Shown here piece by piece: positions 19,456-30,074 of a stretch of DNA of 64,000 nt. The stretch covers positions 256,001-320,000 of the forward strand of contig CAXXYE010000008.1 of NCBI GenBank assembly GCA_963674865.2. Direction: 5' to 3'. Below the pieces are notes generated by a model. It worked only from the letters and a program-made list of their open reading frames with translations. It was not told the DNA's origin and ran no database searches. Origin of the DNA: Candidatus Hydrogenedentota bacterium (GTDB taxonomy: Bacteria > Hydrogenedentota > Hydrogenedentia > Hydrogenedentales > SLHB01). Within the stretch, counting starts at the first letter, position 1, and each line of letters starts with the position of its first letter. Both the position numbers and the translations under genes were made by a program.

Positions 19456-19962
19456 TTAGGAGGGCGTTCGGTTATGCATCATCCAGTACTGGCCGACGGT
19501 TTCTACGACGGCCTGAAAATCAAGGAAAGACAGAGGCTTGATGATGTAGCTATTTGCCCCGCAGCGATAGCTTTCCTTGATGTCACTGGCGGATTGGGAA
19601 TCCGTGAAGACGACAATGGGCGCGAGTGTAAGCGCGTCTTGCGGCTCGAGCGACCTTATCTGGCCAAGTACGGAAAAACCGTCCGAGCCGGGTAGCGCCA
19701 AGTCCAGTAGGATCAGTTTTGGGGGATCTTCCCCGACGCGGTCCGTCCAGGCTCCGCGACTGAAAAGGAAGTCGAGCGCTTCAGGCCCGTCCCCAACGGC
19801 AAGGACGAGGACATCCGGTATACAGTCCTCCAAGGCAAGCACGATGGATGCGCGCTGGCTGTCGTTATCCTCCACGACCAGGATGTCTACCGGGTCATCA
19901 TTCTTCACGACGCTGTCTCCATCTGCCGAGGGCCGTGGTCCCAAATCCTTTTGCACCTTCAT
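19456..19962 (-). CDS. Single-domain response regulator (Rcp1-like)
   Basis: ILVVEDN, ALDFLF, LILLDLALP, GANSYIIKP, YW motifs. Confidence 0.9.
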   Translation of the reverse strand: MKVQKDLGPRPSADGDSVVKNDDPVDILVVEDNDSQRASIVLALEDCIPDVLVLAVGDGPEALDFLFSRGAWTDRVGEDPPKLILLDLALPGSDGFSVLGQIRSLEPQDALTLAPIVVFTDSQSASDIKESYRCGANSYIIKPLSFLDFQAVVETVGQYWMMHNRTPS

Positions 19963-19993
19963 ATCCCAAGTGTACTTGTTTGTGATTAACTCC

Positions 19994-20022
19994 TGGCAAA
20001 GCTACGGCAAAGGCTTGGCAAT
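19994..20022 (-). promoter_or_regulatory. 11-bp-periodic TTTGCC boxes, site A
   Basis: ATTGCCA-N4-TTTGCCG-N4-TTTGCCA upstream of the response regulator. Confidence 0.6.
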
Positions 20023-20143
20023 GATGTTGTGCTCCGGTTGATGTGAAGAGGTCCTTGGCTCACAGACGCCAATGCTCCCCTCCATACTCAGGGCGAGTAT
20101 CTTAGGCCAATAGCGACGGGTCCTCGGCTGAACGGGGGGGGTG

Positions 20144-20183
20144 TTTACCGAAGCTTCGTCAATTCTTTGCCTGCGTTTTGTGG
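20144..20183 (+). promoter_or_regulatory. 11-bp-periodic boxes, site B
   Basis: TTTACCG/TTCGTCA/TTTGCCT/TTTGTGG at 11-bp spacing upstream of the pfkA fragment. Confidence 0.55.
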
Positions 20184-20281
20184 GGAATGGCAGGCTCCAT
20201 AGCGGATCCAGGCAGGTCCATATGTAAGGCCTCGGTCAAGAGCAGTCCAACCGATAGTGGGAGAACCTACGGTAGTAACCA

Positions 20282-20660
20282 ATGAAACGAATCGGCGTAC
20301 TTACGAGTGGGGGCGATTCTCCAGGGATGAATGCGGCTATACGGGCGGTCGTCCGCACGGGCTTCTATCACGGTATCGAGGTCTGCGGGATCGACCGTGG
20401 CTACCAGGGATTGGTCGATGGCAACGTCGAGCTGATGGGGCCGCGTTCCGTAAGCGGCGTCATCAACCGGGGAGGAACCATACTCGACACTGCCCGGTGC
20501 AAGCCCTTCTACGAGGCCGTTAGCAGGACCAAGGCCGCCGAGGAAGTCGAGAAACACGGTATCGAAGGACTGGCTGTCATAGGGGGCGACGGCACTCTAC
20601 GAGGGGCGCTGAAACTCTCCGAGGAGCACCGAATCAAGTGCATCGGCGTGCCGGCCACGC
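20282..20660 (+). pseudogene. pfkA: 6-phosphofructokinase, 3'-truncated
   Basis: [21 protein letters not shown]...GGTIL...VIGGDGT...IGVPAT; similarity stops where the catalytic IDND should follow. Confidence 0.9.
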
Positions 20661-20862
20661 ATTTTCTTCCGTCTCGATGTATTCCGAGGGTCGCTGGCCG
20701 TGATAACGTTCCGCAGAGGCTGCGCCAAAGGTTCGGTAACCGCTCTTTTTCGCAACGATACATGTGGAGAGATCCTTCAGTCACCGACGCCGATATCCTC
20801 TTCCATGGCCAGGGAGATCTCTCGGCTCAATAGTGACCGGTATCCTGCTGAATACGGGGAAG

Positions 20863-20902
20863 TTGACCGAAGTTTTGCCCGCCCTTTGCCAAGTGTTTGC
20901 GT
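20863..20902 (+). promoter_or_regulatory. 11-bp-periodic boxes, site C
   Basis: TTGACCG/TTTGCCC/TTTGCCA/TTTGCGT upstream of the DUF3309 gene. Confidence 0.65.
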
Positions 20903-21007
20903 TCGTTCGGCACAATAACATCGATGAGGTGGGCGCGGTCGGGCGCGATTGCCGAGAGGCAGTGGCGAAGGGCAGCGCCAACGGTCAACTTAGGAAAGGA
21001 GCCCATC

Positions 21008-21172
21008 ATGGGCTTGATCTTGTTGATGATAGTGATGTTGTTGGTCTTGGGCGGTTTGCCGAGGTGGCGTTACAGCCGGAACTGGGGCTACGGTCCCAGC
21101 AGCACTTTGGGCGTTGTGTTCGTGGTCGTTTTGGTACTCGTGTTGTTGGGGCACATATCCCGCGGCTTGTGA
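21008..21172 (+). CDS. DUF3309 small membrane protein
   Basis: AAGGAG RBS; LGGLPRWRYSRNWGYGPS motif. Confidence 0.9.
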   Translation: MGLILLMIVMLLVLGGLPRWRYSRNWGYGPSSTLGVVFVVVLVLVLLGHISRGL

Positions 21173-21415
21173 TGCGAGGGCATCATTCCCGACCCGGGTT
21201 CAGTATAGGCGCGCTTGATGGTGACAGCATACTGTCGCGCCCCCCCTTCGCCGCCTGGGACGGCGGCGAAGGATCAACTACAGCGGCCGTGGTGCGGGGA
21301 AAGGCCTCGTTTCTTGCTGCGCGCGAAGACTGGCAGCCGCCGCGCTTTCGGCGGGCCGCACCGGGTGAGGTTTTCCCCTTGGTTACATGGAGATGCTTTC
21401 CGGAGACATTGGCAC

Positions 21416-23512
21416 ATGAAGCACTTACACGTAGTATACATTCGACCATCACGCTACGATGACGACGGTTACGTCGTGCGGTTTGCGCGGGGCGTACTGC
21501 CTTCTAACACACTTTGTTGTCTTGAGAGCCTGACCCAAGGGGTGGCGCAGAGGAACGACCTGGGTCTGGATGTCGAGGTGACCGTGGACACATTCGACGA
21601 CACGGTGCAGCGTGTGCCGATCCGCCGTATCGCGAAGATCAACTACCGGCCTAACACGACGGTCGTGGTGGGATTTGTGGGCGTGCAGAGCAACCAGTTC
21701 ATGCGGGCTACGGACCTTGCGCTGGAATTGCGCGAAGCGGGCGTGCAGGTCATGGTCGGCGGTTTCCACGTGAGTGGCATGTTGGCGCTCTTCGAGAAGC
21801 CCTCCCACGAACTTCAGCGGCTCCTGGATCAGGGAGTCACGCTGGTGAAGGGTGAAGTCGAAGCGGCGGGAGTCATGACGATGCTGCTGCGGGACGCCGT
21901 AAGCAGCTCTATGAAGCCAATTTACGACATCACGGAGTTCCCGAACCTGGTCGACGCGCCCGTGCCGCTTGTCAACGGGAAGCTCAAGCGACGGTTCTTT
22001 GGGCGGCGCACCGCCACGATCGACACGAGCCGAGGGTGCCCGTTCAACTGTTCGTTCTGCACGATCATCAACGTCCAAGGAAACAAGATGCGCTACCGTC
22101 CCTCGGCCTTGGTGTTGAAGGCTATCGAGGAGAACTATACGCGTGGGATTCGATTCTACTTCTTCACCGACGACAACTTCTCACGAAATCCCGTGTGGGA
22201 GGAGATCTTCGACGGGCTTATCGCCTTGCGAAAGCGAGGGATCAAGATCCAGTTTATGATGCAGACGGACACGCAGGCACACCGGCTCCCACATTTCGTC
22301 GAGAAGGCAGCCCAAGCGGGGTGTTACCTGGCTTTCATCGGCATGGAGAGCGTGAATCCGGAGAATCTCGAGGCCGTTGGCAAACGCCAGAATCGTGCGC
22401 AAGAATACGAGCAGATGGTGGAGCTGTGGCACCAGCACGATGTCCTCGTGCACGTCGGGTACATCGTTGGCTTGCCCTTCGATTCGCGTGAGTCCGTCCA
22501 CCACGACATCGAGTATCTGCGCAATCAGATCCGAGTGGACCTGGCGTCGTTCTTCATGCTGACGCCGTTGCCTGGATCGCGCGATCATTGGCAAATGGTT
22601 CAAGACAAGGTGTCCGTCGACGGGGACTACAACGATTACGACGGGCTCCACGAGACGTTCCAGCATGGTCTCATGCCGAACGGCGCCTGGTGGGCCGCCT
22701 ATGACGATGCGATGCACGTGTTCTATAGCAAGGAAAACATCATCGCCGCCTTGCTGCGCACCGAGTCCCAGAACTACCGGCAAATGCTTGGGCTTTCCAT
22801 CTGGTACCGCTACGCTGCCTTGGAAGGGTTACACCCGATGGCGACCGGGGTCTTCCGCCTCAAGGACCGGCGTTCCCGGCGTCCGGTCTTTCCAAGGGAA
22901 AGCGCACTGCAATACGGCTGGCGTCGGATAAAGGACTCCTTTCACGGCCTGAAGGTCTATGGCGGCCTCTTCTTTGAATTCCAGGAGATCTGGATGTTGA
23001 CCCGGAAGCCCGAGGATCCACGCTGGGCCACCCTCGCCGACCTGCGCACGAAATGGACGGAGGTGCAGCGGCGCGTCGCGGACTACAACCTCCAGGGACG
23101 CTATTCCGAAGCCGCTAAGGAACTCAAAGCGATCCTGTCCAGCTCTGCGGAGCGACTGCGACAATTGAGCCGGCCAGGCAGTCAGATCAGCTTCTCACTC
23201 CGCCGAAAGCTACGAAAGAAAGCAGCGGAAGCGGAGGGCTACCTCCGGTCCTTCGACGAGCGGGCACCCGGCTGGAACCACGTCGTCGATGCCCAACGCT
23301 TCGTGAGTCAAACCATCATCGCCGGTTACGAAGAGGTCGCGATTCGCTATGTGGCGAAACGTCGTCAATTCAACGCGTTTCGCCGGGACTTGATCAAGCG
23401 AATCAAAGCGGGGCAACTCCTAGGGATCCATGTATTGCAAACTCCCTATGCGGCGGCCTGCGAAGTCTTTTTTGCCTCGCGATTCGCCATGCATTTCTTG
23501 GCCCACATTTGA
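21416..23512 (+). CDS. B12-binding-domain radical SAM protein
   Basis: GGAG RBS at 21402; MVGGFHVSG, SRGCPFNCSFC (CxxxCxxC), FFTDDNF, FIGMES, LTPLPGS. Confidence 0.9.
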   Translation: MKHLHVVYIRPSRYDDDGYVVRFARGVLPSNTLCCLESLTQGVAQRNDLGLDVEVTVDTFDDTVQRVPIRRIAKINYRPNTTVVVGFVGVQSNQFMRATDLALELREAGVQVMVGGFHVSGMLALFEKPSHELQRLLDQGVTLVKGEVEAAGVMTMLLRDAVSSSMKPIYDITEFPNLVDAPVPLVNGKLKRRFFGRRTATIDTSRGCPFNCSFCTIINVQGNKMRYRPSALVLKAIEENYTRGIRFYFFTDDNFSRNPVWEEIFDGLIALRKRGIKIQFMMQTDTQAHRLPHFVEKAAQAGCYLAFIGMESVNPENLEAVGKRQNRAQEYEQMVELWHQHDVLVHVGYIVGLPFDSRESVHHDIEYLRNQIRVDLASFFMLTPLPGSRDHWQMVQDKVSVDGDYNDYDGLHETFQHGLMPNGAWWAAYDDAMHVFYSKENIIAALLRTESQNYRQMLGLSIWYRYAALEGLHPMATGVFRLKDRRSRRPVFPRESALQYGWRRIKDSFHGLKVYGGLFFEFQEIWMLTRKPEDPRWATLADLRTKWTEVQRRVADYNLQGRYSEAAKELKAILSSSAERLRQLSRPGSQISFSLRRKLRKKAAEAEGYLRSFDERAPGWNHVVDAQRFVSQTIIAGYEEVAIRYVAKRRQFNAFRRDLIKRIKAGQLLGIHVLQTPYAAACEVFFASRFAMHFLAHI

Positions 23513-23940
23513 CGACCGGGGCGCCAACAAACAGTAGTAACGTAGACATACGCCATTAGTGAGGGCCGTTCCCAAGCGGCCGGAAAGGGCCGCGGACTGT
23601 GCTTGTTCCGTGTTGCGTATGCAAAAAGGTCCAAATCGATGGGCGCTAGAAAAAGGCGCCGCCGTCATACGCCGAGGACCAGGTGTGGAATAGGTACTGC
23701 CCCCAGCGCTTCGATGTTGCCATCGCGAGGGCACACGCGAAGCACCTCAGTCCTCAGGGGCCCACTGCCTGGTCCTCAGCGTTTGCTTCTCGCGGCGACG
23801 GACATCGTGCAAACCGGATACCGGATGCCGGTGTCGTGAAGCATCTCTTCGGGGAGGGCCGAAGGGGTTCCTAGCGTCATGGCAACCAATGTCACGACCA
23901 TTACAGAACCGTTGTTGGGACGCCACTGAATCCGCGCGTT

Positions 23941-23980
23941 TTTACGAAAACTTTGCCGACTATTGGCCGCAATTTTGCGC
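23941..23980 (+). promoter_or_regulatory. 11-bp-periodic boxes, site D
   Basis: TTTACGA/TTTGCCG/TTGGCCG/TTTGCGC upstream of the 24201 gene group. Confidence 0.65.
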
Positions 23981-24200
23981 TAGCCTGGCAAACTGACAGA
24001 CGTGATGCGGACGCAATCGTCTGAGGCTATCGCGTGGAGCGGCCACCCGACAGAGGGCAGTTGTTTCGGGACCTATGCTGCCAAGCCAATCGCGAGAAAT
24101 CTACGATTCGCCGACTGACGAGGCTCCGGTGATTCAGCGTCGCTCGTGATGTCTTACGCGGGAGAACTGAGGTCCGCCGGATCAGCGGGAGAAGGTAACG

Positions 24201-24608
24201 ATGGGCGAACACGTCTTGGTGGTGGATGACGAAGAGTATATGCGCTCGTTCTTGTCGCAGGCGTTGTCCCGAGCTGGTTTCTTCGTCACGACGGTTGCTG
24301 ACGCCACGGAGGCCTTGGCGTTATTGACGAATGGTGCCGCCGTGCCCGTCGACTTCGATGTTCTGCTGACGGACTTCAATCTGCCGAGCATTACTGGATT
24401 GGATCTTGTCGATGCCTTGAGATGCGACGGCGTGGAATTGCCGTGTCTTCTGATGTCTGGAAGCTCCAACGAAATGCTGGCTTCAGAGGCACTGTCACGA
24501 GGTTGTAAGGGATTCATGAAGAAGCCCTTCAGTATGCCTGTATTGGTCGAACACATACGCGATGCGCTCGAGTTCCGACCTGAGCCGGATCTGGCGCCGC
24601 ATCAGTAG
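24201..24608 (+). CDS. Single-domain response regulator
   Basis: VLVVDDE, VLLTDFNLP, LMSG, KKPF. Confidence 0.9.
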   Translation: MGEHVLVVDDEEYMRSFLSQALSRAGFFVTTVADATEALALLTNGAAVPVDFDVLLTDFNLPSITGLDLVDALRCDGVELPCLLMSGSSNEMLASEALSRGCKGFMKKPFSMPVLVEHIRDALEFRPEPDLAPHQ

Positions 24609-24807
24609 GCTCCCCGCTGGAATGGGCGGCTTGAGACATGGTCCTTGCCGGAGGGACAAGCAGACCTGCGCGACCTTTGGAACGGAACCAAGGACGAGGT
24701 GATCGGCATGAAGCAAGCTGAAAGCACAGAAGTCTTGGAGGAAATGCTGTTTTACCCCACGGAGAGGTGCTCTATGGCGGCGTTTGCGCTGTTGAAGGGG
24801 AGGAATC

Positions 24808-25917
24808 ATGGTTGCCAAGGCACTTAGTGCTCCCAATCGTTCGGCGCTCATGTCGTCCACAACAAGCCGCCCGGAAAACCAACGTCAGACACGATGGGGA
24901 ATTGTGCTTGCCGGAGGCGATGGGGCACGGATGCGTTCCCTAATCGGCCACTGGCTCGGGGAAGATCGCCCCAAGCAATACTGTGCGTTTGTCGGAAGCC
25001 GTTCCATGCTTCAACACACTATTGACCGAGCACGCAGCGTCCTCTCCGAGGAACATGTCGTCACGGTTATTGGACGGGGCCACCGCAAGTTCTTGGATGA
25101 ATCCATGAACAAGAGCCTGAACGGGCTGGTGCTCGAACAGCCGCGTAATCTAGGCACAACGCCGGGAGTGCTCTTGGCGACAGCCTTTGTTCTCGCGGAT
25201 GACCCGGAGGCGACGGTTATTCTCTTACCTTCAGACCATTTTGTGCACCCGGAATCCCGATTTTGTGACCACGTGAATCGTGCCTTTGAGTTGGCCGAAA
25301 AGTACGGCGATATGTTCATACTTGCTGCTGCCATTCCCGACCGCGCGGAAACCGAGTACGGCTGGATAGACCCAAGCGCAGCCCAGATGAATGCAAGCAG
25401 GACCCTCCCTCATGCTCCGACGAAAGTGATTCGCTTCCGAGAAAAACCGGGCGTGAACGAAGCCCAAAGGTTGTTGCGGCAAGGCAGTCTTTGGAGCACC
25501 ATGGTGGTAGCTGTCAAGGCGCGGACACTCTGGACTCTGGCCCGGCAGCTTCTCCCCGAGATAGCCTACAGATTCGATGCATTCCTGGTGGTGTTGCGCG
25601 CCATACGTGAGGGGCGTCTAGGAGCACAGTATGAGGCGGCCGCGCTTATGCGCCTCTATGAAGACTTGGCGCCCGCAGACTTTTCGAAAGACATCCTTCA
25701 GCGCGTTCCCCATCTCAGCATGGTCTTGCCGATGGCCGGTGTGGATTGGTGCGATTGGGGGCATCCCCAGCGCGTGAGAGAAACCTTAGTCCGTCTGGGG
25801 CGGCGACCGACCTCTGAACCTGAACTAGACTCGGCACAGACCCGAACAATTGCCGCAAGAGAAAGGCACATCAGATATGAACACGGCCCAACAAGTGAAG
25901 CAGCTAGAAGGATTTGA
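24808..25917 (+). CDS. Mannose-1-phosphate guanylyltransferase-like nucleotidyltransferase
   Basis: IVLAGGDGAR, RPKQY, LPSDH, TEYGWI, FREKP, DFSKDIL, WCDWG. Confidence 0.9.
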   Translation: MVAKALSAPNRSALMSSTTSRPENQRQTRWGIVLAGGDGARMRSLIGHWLGEDRPKQYCAFVGSRSMLQHTIDRARSVLSEEHVVTVIGRGHRKFLDESMNKSLNGLVLEQPRNLGTTPGVLLATAFVLADDPEATVILLPSDHFVHPESRFCDHVNRAFELAEKYGDMFILAAAIPDRAETEYGWIDPSAAQMNASRTLPHAPTKVIRFREKPGVNEAQRLLRQGSLWSTMVVAVKARTLWTLARQLLPEIAYRFDAFLVVLRAIREGRLGAQYEAAALMRLYEDLAPADFSKDILQRVPHLSMVLPMAGVDWCDWGHPQRVRETLVRLGRRPTSEPELDSAQTRTIAARERHIRYEHGPTSEAARRI

Positions 25918-26260
25918 GCAGGTCCTGCTCTCCTATGCGGAAATGTGCTATTCGGTGGCATTTGCGTTGACGCGCAATCCGCGCCGGGCGCAGGATCTGG
26001 CGAGGTATGCCCTGACACGGGCATGGCTTCTGCGCGCCACTGCGGCCGGCAGGAAAGACATCAAGCATACGCTCCTGAAAACGTTGCGTGAAAGGTTTCT
26101 TGAATACTACTGCCAGTCTCCCGGCGTTATCAGGAACGCCGCAACTCCCGGACAGGATGCAGTAGTTATGGCCCAAGGCGTAGAGCCTGGTGTCGAGAAG
26201 GTTTCACTCGGTGCGTCCCAACTGTGGTGCAGACCTCGTTGTACAGGATTTCACCCCTGA
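25877..26260 (+). CDS. Degenerate ECF sigma region-2-like protein (possibly a pseudogene)
   Basis: FEQVLL...YSVAFALTRNPRRAQDL resembles sigma region 2; no region 4. Confidence 0.5.
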   Translation: MNTAQQVKQLEGFEQVLLSYAEMCYSVAFALTRNPRRAQDLARYALTRAWLLRATAAGRKDIKHTLLKTLRERFLEYYCQSPGVIRNAATPGQDAVVMAQGVEPGVEKVSLGASQLWCRPRCTGFHP

Positions 26261-26315
26261 TGGCTACGTCGTGAATTGAGAGCGTCGGCGCAAGATGGCG
26301 GCCCAAAGAATGCGC

Positions 26316-27041
26316 CTATACCGGCACGTCTGTGAACCGGTAGCCTATCCCGCGGACGGATTCTATGAGGGAGGGGACCTTGGGGTCATCCTCGATCTTC
26401 TTTCGAATATGAGAGACGTGAACATCAACGGTTTTGGGAGTGCTGCAGGTCGCGTGCTCCCAGGCGAGTTCAAGTATCTTATCGCGGCTGAACACGTGTC
26501 CCGGGCGCCGGGCAAGCGCGTACAGTAAGTCGAACTCTATTTCGGTAAGTTCAATGGGTGCATCATCTTTCCAAACGCGCCTTTCACCCGGATCTAATCG
26601 CAAGCGACTAAAGCCCAAGACCTTGTCTCCCGGCGCCTCGTGTCTGGATCTGCGCAGAATCGCCTCAATTCGGGCACTGAGTTCTGGAAGATCAAACGGT
26701 TTCGGCACGTAATCATCCGCTCCTATCGCGAGAGTCATTACCTTCACCGCGGAGATGTTCGTGGAACTCAGCATGAGGACAGGAACAGTGCCCGAATCGC
26801 GCAGTTGGCGAAGTATTTCAATCCCGTCTATCGAGCGTGCGCTATTCGCCTTAACAGCCGGAAAGTTGATGTCGAGCACCACAAGGTCCAATTCCATGGA
26901 TCTCGCGGCCGCGAGGGCCGCACGCCCATTCACCGCGGTGACGACCTCGTAGCCCAGCTTTTCGAGATGGGGCTTCACTTCTGCCAGCAGATTGACATCG
27001 TCATCAGCTACCAGAATCTTGGTCTTTGAATTCCTTGCCAA
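26316..27041 (-). CDS. OmpR/PhoB-family DNA-binding response regulator
   Basis: GADDYVPKPF, LTEIEFDLL, VFSRDKIL, TVDVHVSHIRKKIE, SVRGIGY. Confidence 0.95.
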   Translation of the reverse strand: MARNSKTKILVADDDVNLLAEVKPHLEKLGYEVVTAVNGRAALAAARSMELDLVVLDINFPAVKANSARSIDGIEILRQLRDSGTVPVLMLSSTNISAVKVMTLAIGADDYVPKPFDLPELSARIEAILRRSRHEAPGDKVLGFSRLRLDPGERRVWKDDAPIELTEIEFDLLYALARRPGHVFSRDKILELAWEHATCSTPKTVDVHVSHIRKKIEDDPKVPSLIESVRGIGYRFTDVPV

Positions 27042-27081
27042 GAATGTGACCTCCGTGTAGTAGACAACTGCCTGTCATCAA

Positions 27082-28176
27082 CTACCCGGGCAGCGCAAAA
27101 TAGAACGTGGCTCCACACTCCTTTATGCTCTCCGCCCATATGCGGCCACCGTGGCGCTCGATGATCCGCTTAACGAGCGCCAGGCCGACTCCCGATCCCT
27201 CGAAATGATGCGCTTTATGGAGCCGATGAAACGCCAGGAAGATCGATTCCGAGTGGCTCATGTCAAATCCCACGCCATTGTCGCAGATGCAGTAGACGGT
27301 TTCACCATCGGTTTCCGTGAAACCTACACGTATCTTTGCCCGTTCGCGCAGCCGCGTGAACTTCAGGGCATTCGCCAGCAAGTTCAAGAATACCTGCTTC
27401 AGAAGTGCTCGATCAGCCCGGCATGGAGGCAGCTCGTCAATCACGACTTCCACATCGCGGCCTTTTTGTTGGTCTCGCAACTCCTCAAGCGCCTCACGTG
27501 CTAGTCGTCGCACGTCAACACGGCGCTTTCTCATGGGCTCGCGGCTTACTCGTGAAAACGTGAGAAGATCCTCGATGAGCTTGCCCATTTCCCGGGTGCC
27601 ATCCAAGATCATGCGAGCCTTCTCTGCAGCGCCGGCGGGGAGTTGATCGCCATGCTCCTCAAGGAGCAGGTGCGCGATCTTGTTCGTGAGCCGCAGAGGA
27701 GTCCGCAGGTCATGCGACACGGACTGCGTGAACGCTTCAAGCTCCTTGTTGATTTGCTCAAGATCGACTCCGTGCTGCTGGAGTGCATCGTTCAACTCGT
27801 GGATTCTCTGGTCTGACTCCCTTTCGCGTGTGATGTCACGGAGTTCCACGAGGACCATCTCGGTCAGGTCTTCTCCTACGGTTAGGCGCCGGGCGTTGAC
27901 CGACAGGACTTTTCGTGTATGCGGCGGTATGGTGCATACGATTTCGACGTCCTCAACGTTGCTATCATGGGCCACGATGGCCTCGAGGATCGTCCTCAGC
28001 CGCGGTTGGCCGCTCTCTCCAGCGATAAGCTCCTGGACCGACTTGCCCTTCAACTGTCTTGGGGCGACCTTTAATGTCTTGTGGAAGGCTGGGTTTGCCA
28101 TTACCGCCCGGAGCGATTCGTCCAGGACAAGGACTGGTACGCCCAACGCTTTCAGGATGGATTCGGCGGCTTTCAC
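27082..28176 (-). CDS. PAS sensor histidine kinase (start uncertain; ORF open to 28392)
   Basis: SVSHDLRTPL H-box, NLLANALKF, DNGVGFD, GSGVGL. Confidence 0.9.
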   Translation of the reverse strand: MKAAESILKALGVPVLVLDESLRAVMANPAFHKTLKVAPRQLKGKSVQELIAGESGQPRLRTILEAIVAHDSNVEDVEIVCTIPPHTRKVLSVNARRLTVGEDLTEMVLVELRDITRERESDQRIHELNDALQQHGVDLEQINKELEAFTQSVSHDLRTPLRLTNKIAHLLLEEHGDQLPAGAAEKARMILDGTREMGKLIEDLLTFSRVSREPMRKRRVDVRRLAREALEELRDQQKGRDVEVVIDELPPCRADRALLKQVFLNLLANALKFTRLRERAKIRVGFTETDGETVYCICDNGVGFDMSHSESIFLAFHRLHKAHHFEGSGVGLALVKRIIERHGGRIWAESIKECGATFYFALPG

Positions 28177-28403
28177 GGCTCTTGTGAGCGTCCTCGGACT
28201 TTGCCCGGCATCGCAGTTACTGCAATCGCTGCATTTCCATATAACCGCGTCCAGAGTACACCGATCAGTGATCCGTTGCAACAGGCAGGCAGAGCCGGCG
28301 CAGGATACGCCGGGGGCTACAGCAAGGGCCAACCATGGTAAGGCTGTTGCATCGGATTGCGTTGTAAGTATCCAGGCAGAGCCGGAGGGCATCCTGCGTC
28401 CGG

Positions 28404-30038
28404 CTAGAAGTCCTCGGAAGATGGGTAATTCGGAGCTCCGTTGCCTCGCTTTTTTTCGGGTAACTCCGCCACCAGCGCCTCAGTCGTAAGCAGCAATCCC
28501 GCCACGCTGGCGGCGTTCTGAAGGGCGGCGCGAGCGACTTTGGTGGGATCAATGATATCCGCTTTCATGAGGTCTTCGTATTGGCCGTTTTCGGCATTGA
28601 AGCCGTAACCATTCTTGCCCGTTTTCACCTTCTGGACGACCATGGAGCCTTCTTCACCAGCGTTGATGGCGATTTGGCGGAGGGGTTCCTCCAGGGCCCG
28701 GCTGACAATTCTCGCCCCGGTTGCCTCGTCTCCCGTCAGTTCTCCCGCCAGTTTCAAGGTCTCAGATTGGCACCGTAACAGCGCCACGCCACCACCAGGG
28801 ACAATACCCTCCTCGACGGCCGCCCGTACCGCGTGGAGCGCGTCATCGACTCGCGCCTTCTTTTCCTTCATCTCGATTTCAGTGGCCGCGCCAACATGGA
28901 TTACGGCAACGCCGCCAGCCAATTTAGCAAGCCGCTCCTCCAACTTCTCGCGGTCGTAGGTCGACGTGGTCTCTTTGATGCTCCGCTTGATCAATTGAAT
29001 ACGTGCGCGAATGTCCTCGGAAGAGCCGCCACCCTCAATAAATGTTGTTGTATCCTTGTCAACGACGATGCGCTTGGCCTGGCCTAACTCGCTCAATTCA
29101 AGAGTCTCCAGGTTGCGGCCGAGGTCCTCAGTGACGGCCAAGCCGCCAGTCAACACGGCGATGTCCTGAAGCAGATCCTTGCGGCGGTCTCCGAATGCGG
29201 GCGCCTTTACGGCACAGGCCTTAATGGTGCCACGAAGCCTATTGACGACCAGTGCAGCCAAGACCTCGCTTCCTATATCTTCGGCAACGACAAGAAGCGG
29301 CCTTCCGGCCTTCGCTATTTTCTCCAGCAAGGGCAAGAGGTCCTGTACTGCCGCGATCTTCTTCTCGTGGATTAGCACGTAGGCGTCCTCAAGGTCGACC
29401 TCCATGGCCTCGCCGTCGGTGACGAAGTAGGGTGAAAGGTATCCCTTGTCGAACTGCATGCCTTCCACTACTTCGAGGGTCGTCTCAATGCCCTTGGCTT
29501 CTTCGACGGTAATGGTACCGTCGTTACCGACCTTCTGCATGGCCTCAGCGATGGTGGTGCCTATGGTGGCGTCGTTGTTTGCTGATATGGTGGCTACGCT
29601 CTTGAGTAACTCGGTGTCACTCTTGACCTGACGGCTCATCCTCGTCAGTTCGTCGACCACAACCGTAACGGCCTTGTCTATACCACGCTTCAGCGCCATG
29701 GGATTGGCCCCGGCGGTGACATTTCGCAGCCCTTCCCGGTAGATGGCTTCAGCAAGCACCGTGGCCGTGGTTGTCCCGTCACCGGCCACGTCGGCAGTCT
29801 TGGAAGCCACCTGCTTGACCATCTGCGCGCCCATGTTCTCGAAGGAGTGCTTCAGGTCGATTTCCTTTGCTACCGTGACACCGTCCTTCGTAACCGTGGG
29901 TGCGCCCCACGTCTTGTCGAGCATGGCATTGCGGCCCTTGGGGCCAAGCGTGGCCTTGACGGCTCTGCTGAGCACGGAAACGCCGTCGAGGATTGCCCGC
30001 CGGGCCTCCTCACCGTATACGATTTGCCTCGCACTCAT
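28404..30038 (-). CDS. groEL: Chaperonin GroEL
   Basis: [47 protein letters not shown]. Confidence 0.98.
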   Translation of the reverse strand: MSARQIVYGEEARRAILDGVSVLSRAVKATLGPKGRNAMLDKTWGAPTVTKDGVTVAKEIDLKHSFENMGAQMVKQVASKTADVAGDGTTTATVLAEAIYREGLRNVTAGANPMALKRGIDKAVTVVVDELTRMSRQVKSDTELLKSVATISANNDATIGTTIAEAMQKVGNDGTITVEEAKGIETTLEVVEGMQFDKGYLSPYFVTDGEAMEVDLEDAYVLIHEKKIAAVQDLLPLLEKIAKAGRPLLVVAEDIGSEVLAALVVNRLRGTIKACAVKAPAFGDRRKDLLQDIAVLTGGLAVTEDLGRNLETLELSELGQAKRIVVDKDTTTFIEGGGSSEDIRARIQLIKRSIKETTSTYDREKLEERLAKLAGGVAVIHVGAATEIEMKEKKARVDDALHAVRAAVEEGIVPGGGVALLRCQSETLKLAGELTGDEATGARIVSRALEEPLRQIAINAGEEGSMVVQKVKTGKNGYGFNAENGQYEDLMKADIIDPTKVARAALQNAASVAGLLLTTEALVAELPEKKRGNGAPNYPSSEDF

Positions 30039-30074
30039 CCTCTGCAATCCTCCTTCTGCTGTCCTTTGCAACTA

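Noticed and set aside
21180..21415. Cobalamin riboswitch upstream of the B12 radical SAM gene
   Set aside because: GC-rich inverted repeats exist, but no B12 box or other conserved elements are recognisable.
23985..24050. c-di-GMP-I riboswitch suggested by GGCAAAC...GACGCAA
   Set aside because: I could not form the GNRA-capped stem or the downstream stem. Infernal against Rfam would settle it.
28380..28405. Intrinsic terminator after groEL (AGCCGGA...TCCGGCT)
   Set aside because: A hairpin is present but there is no U-tract, so it is not called.
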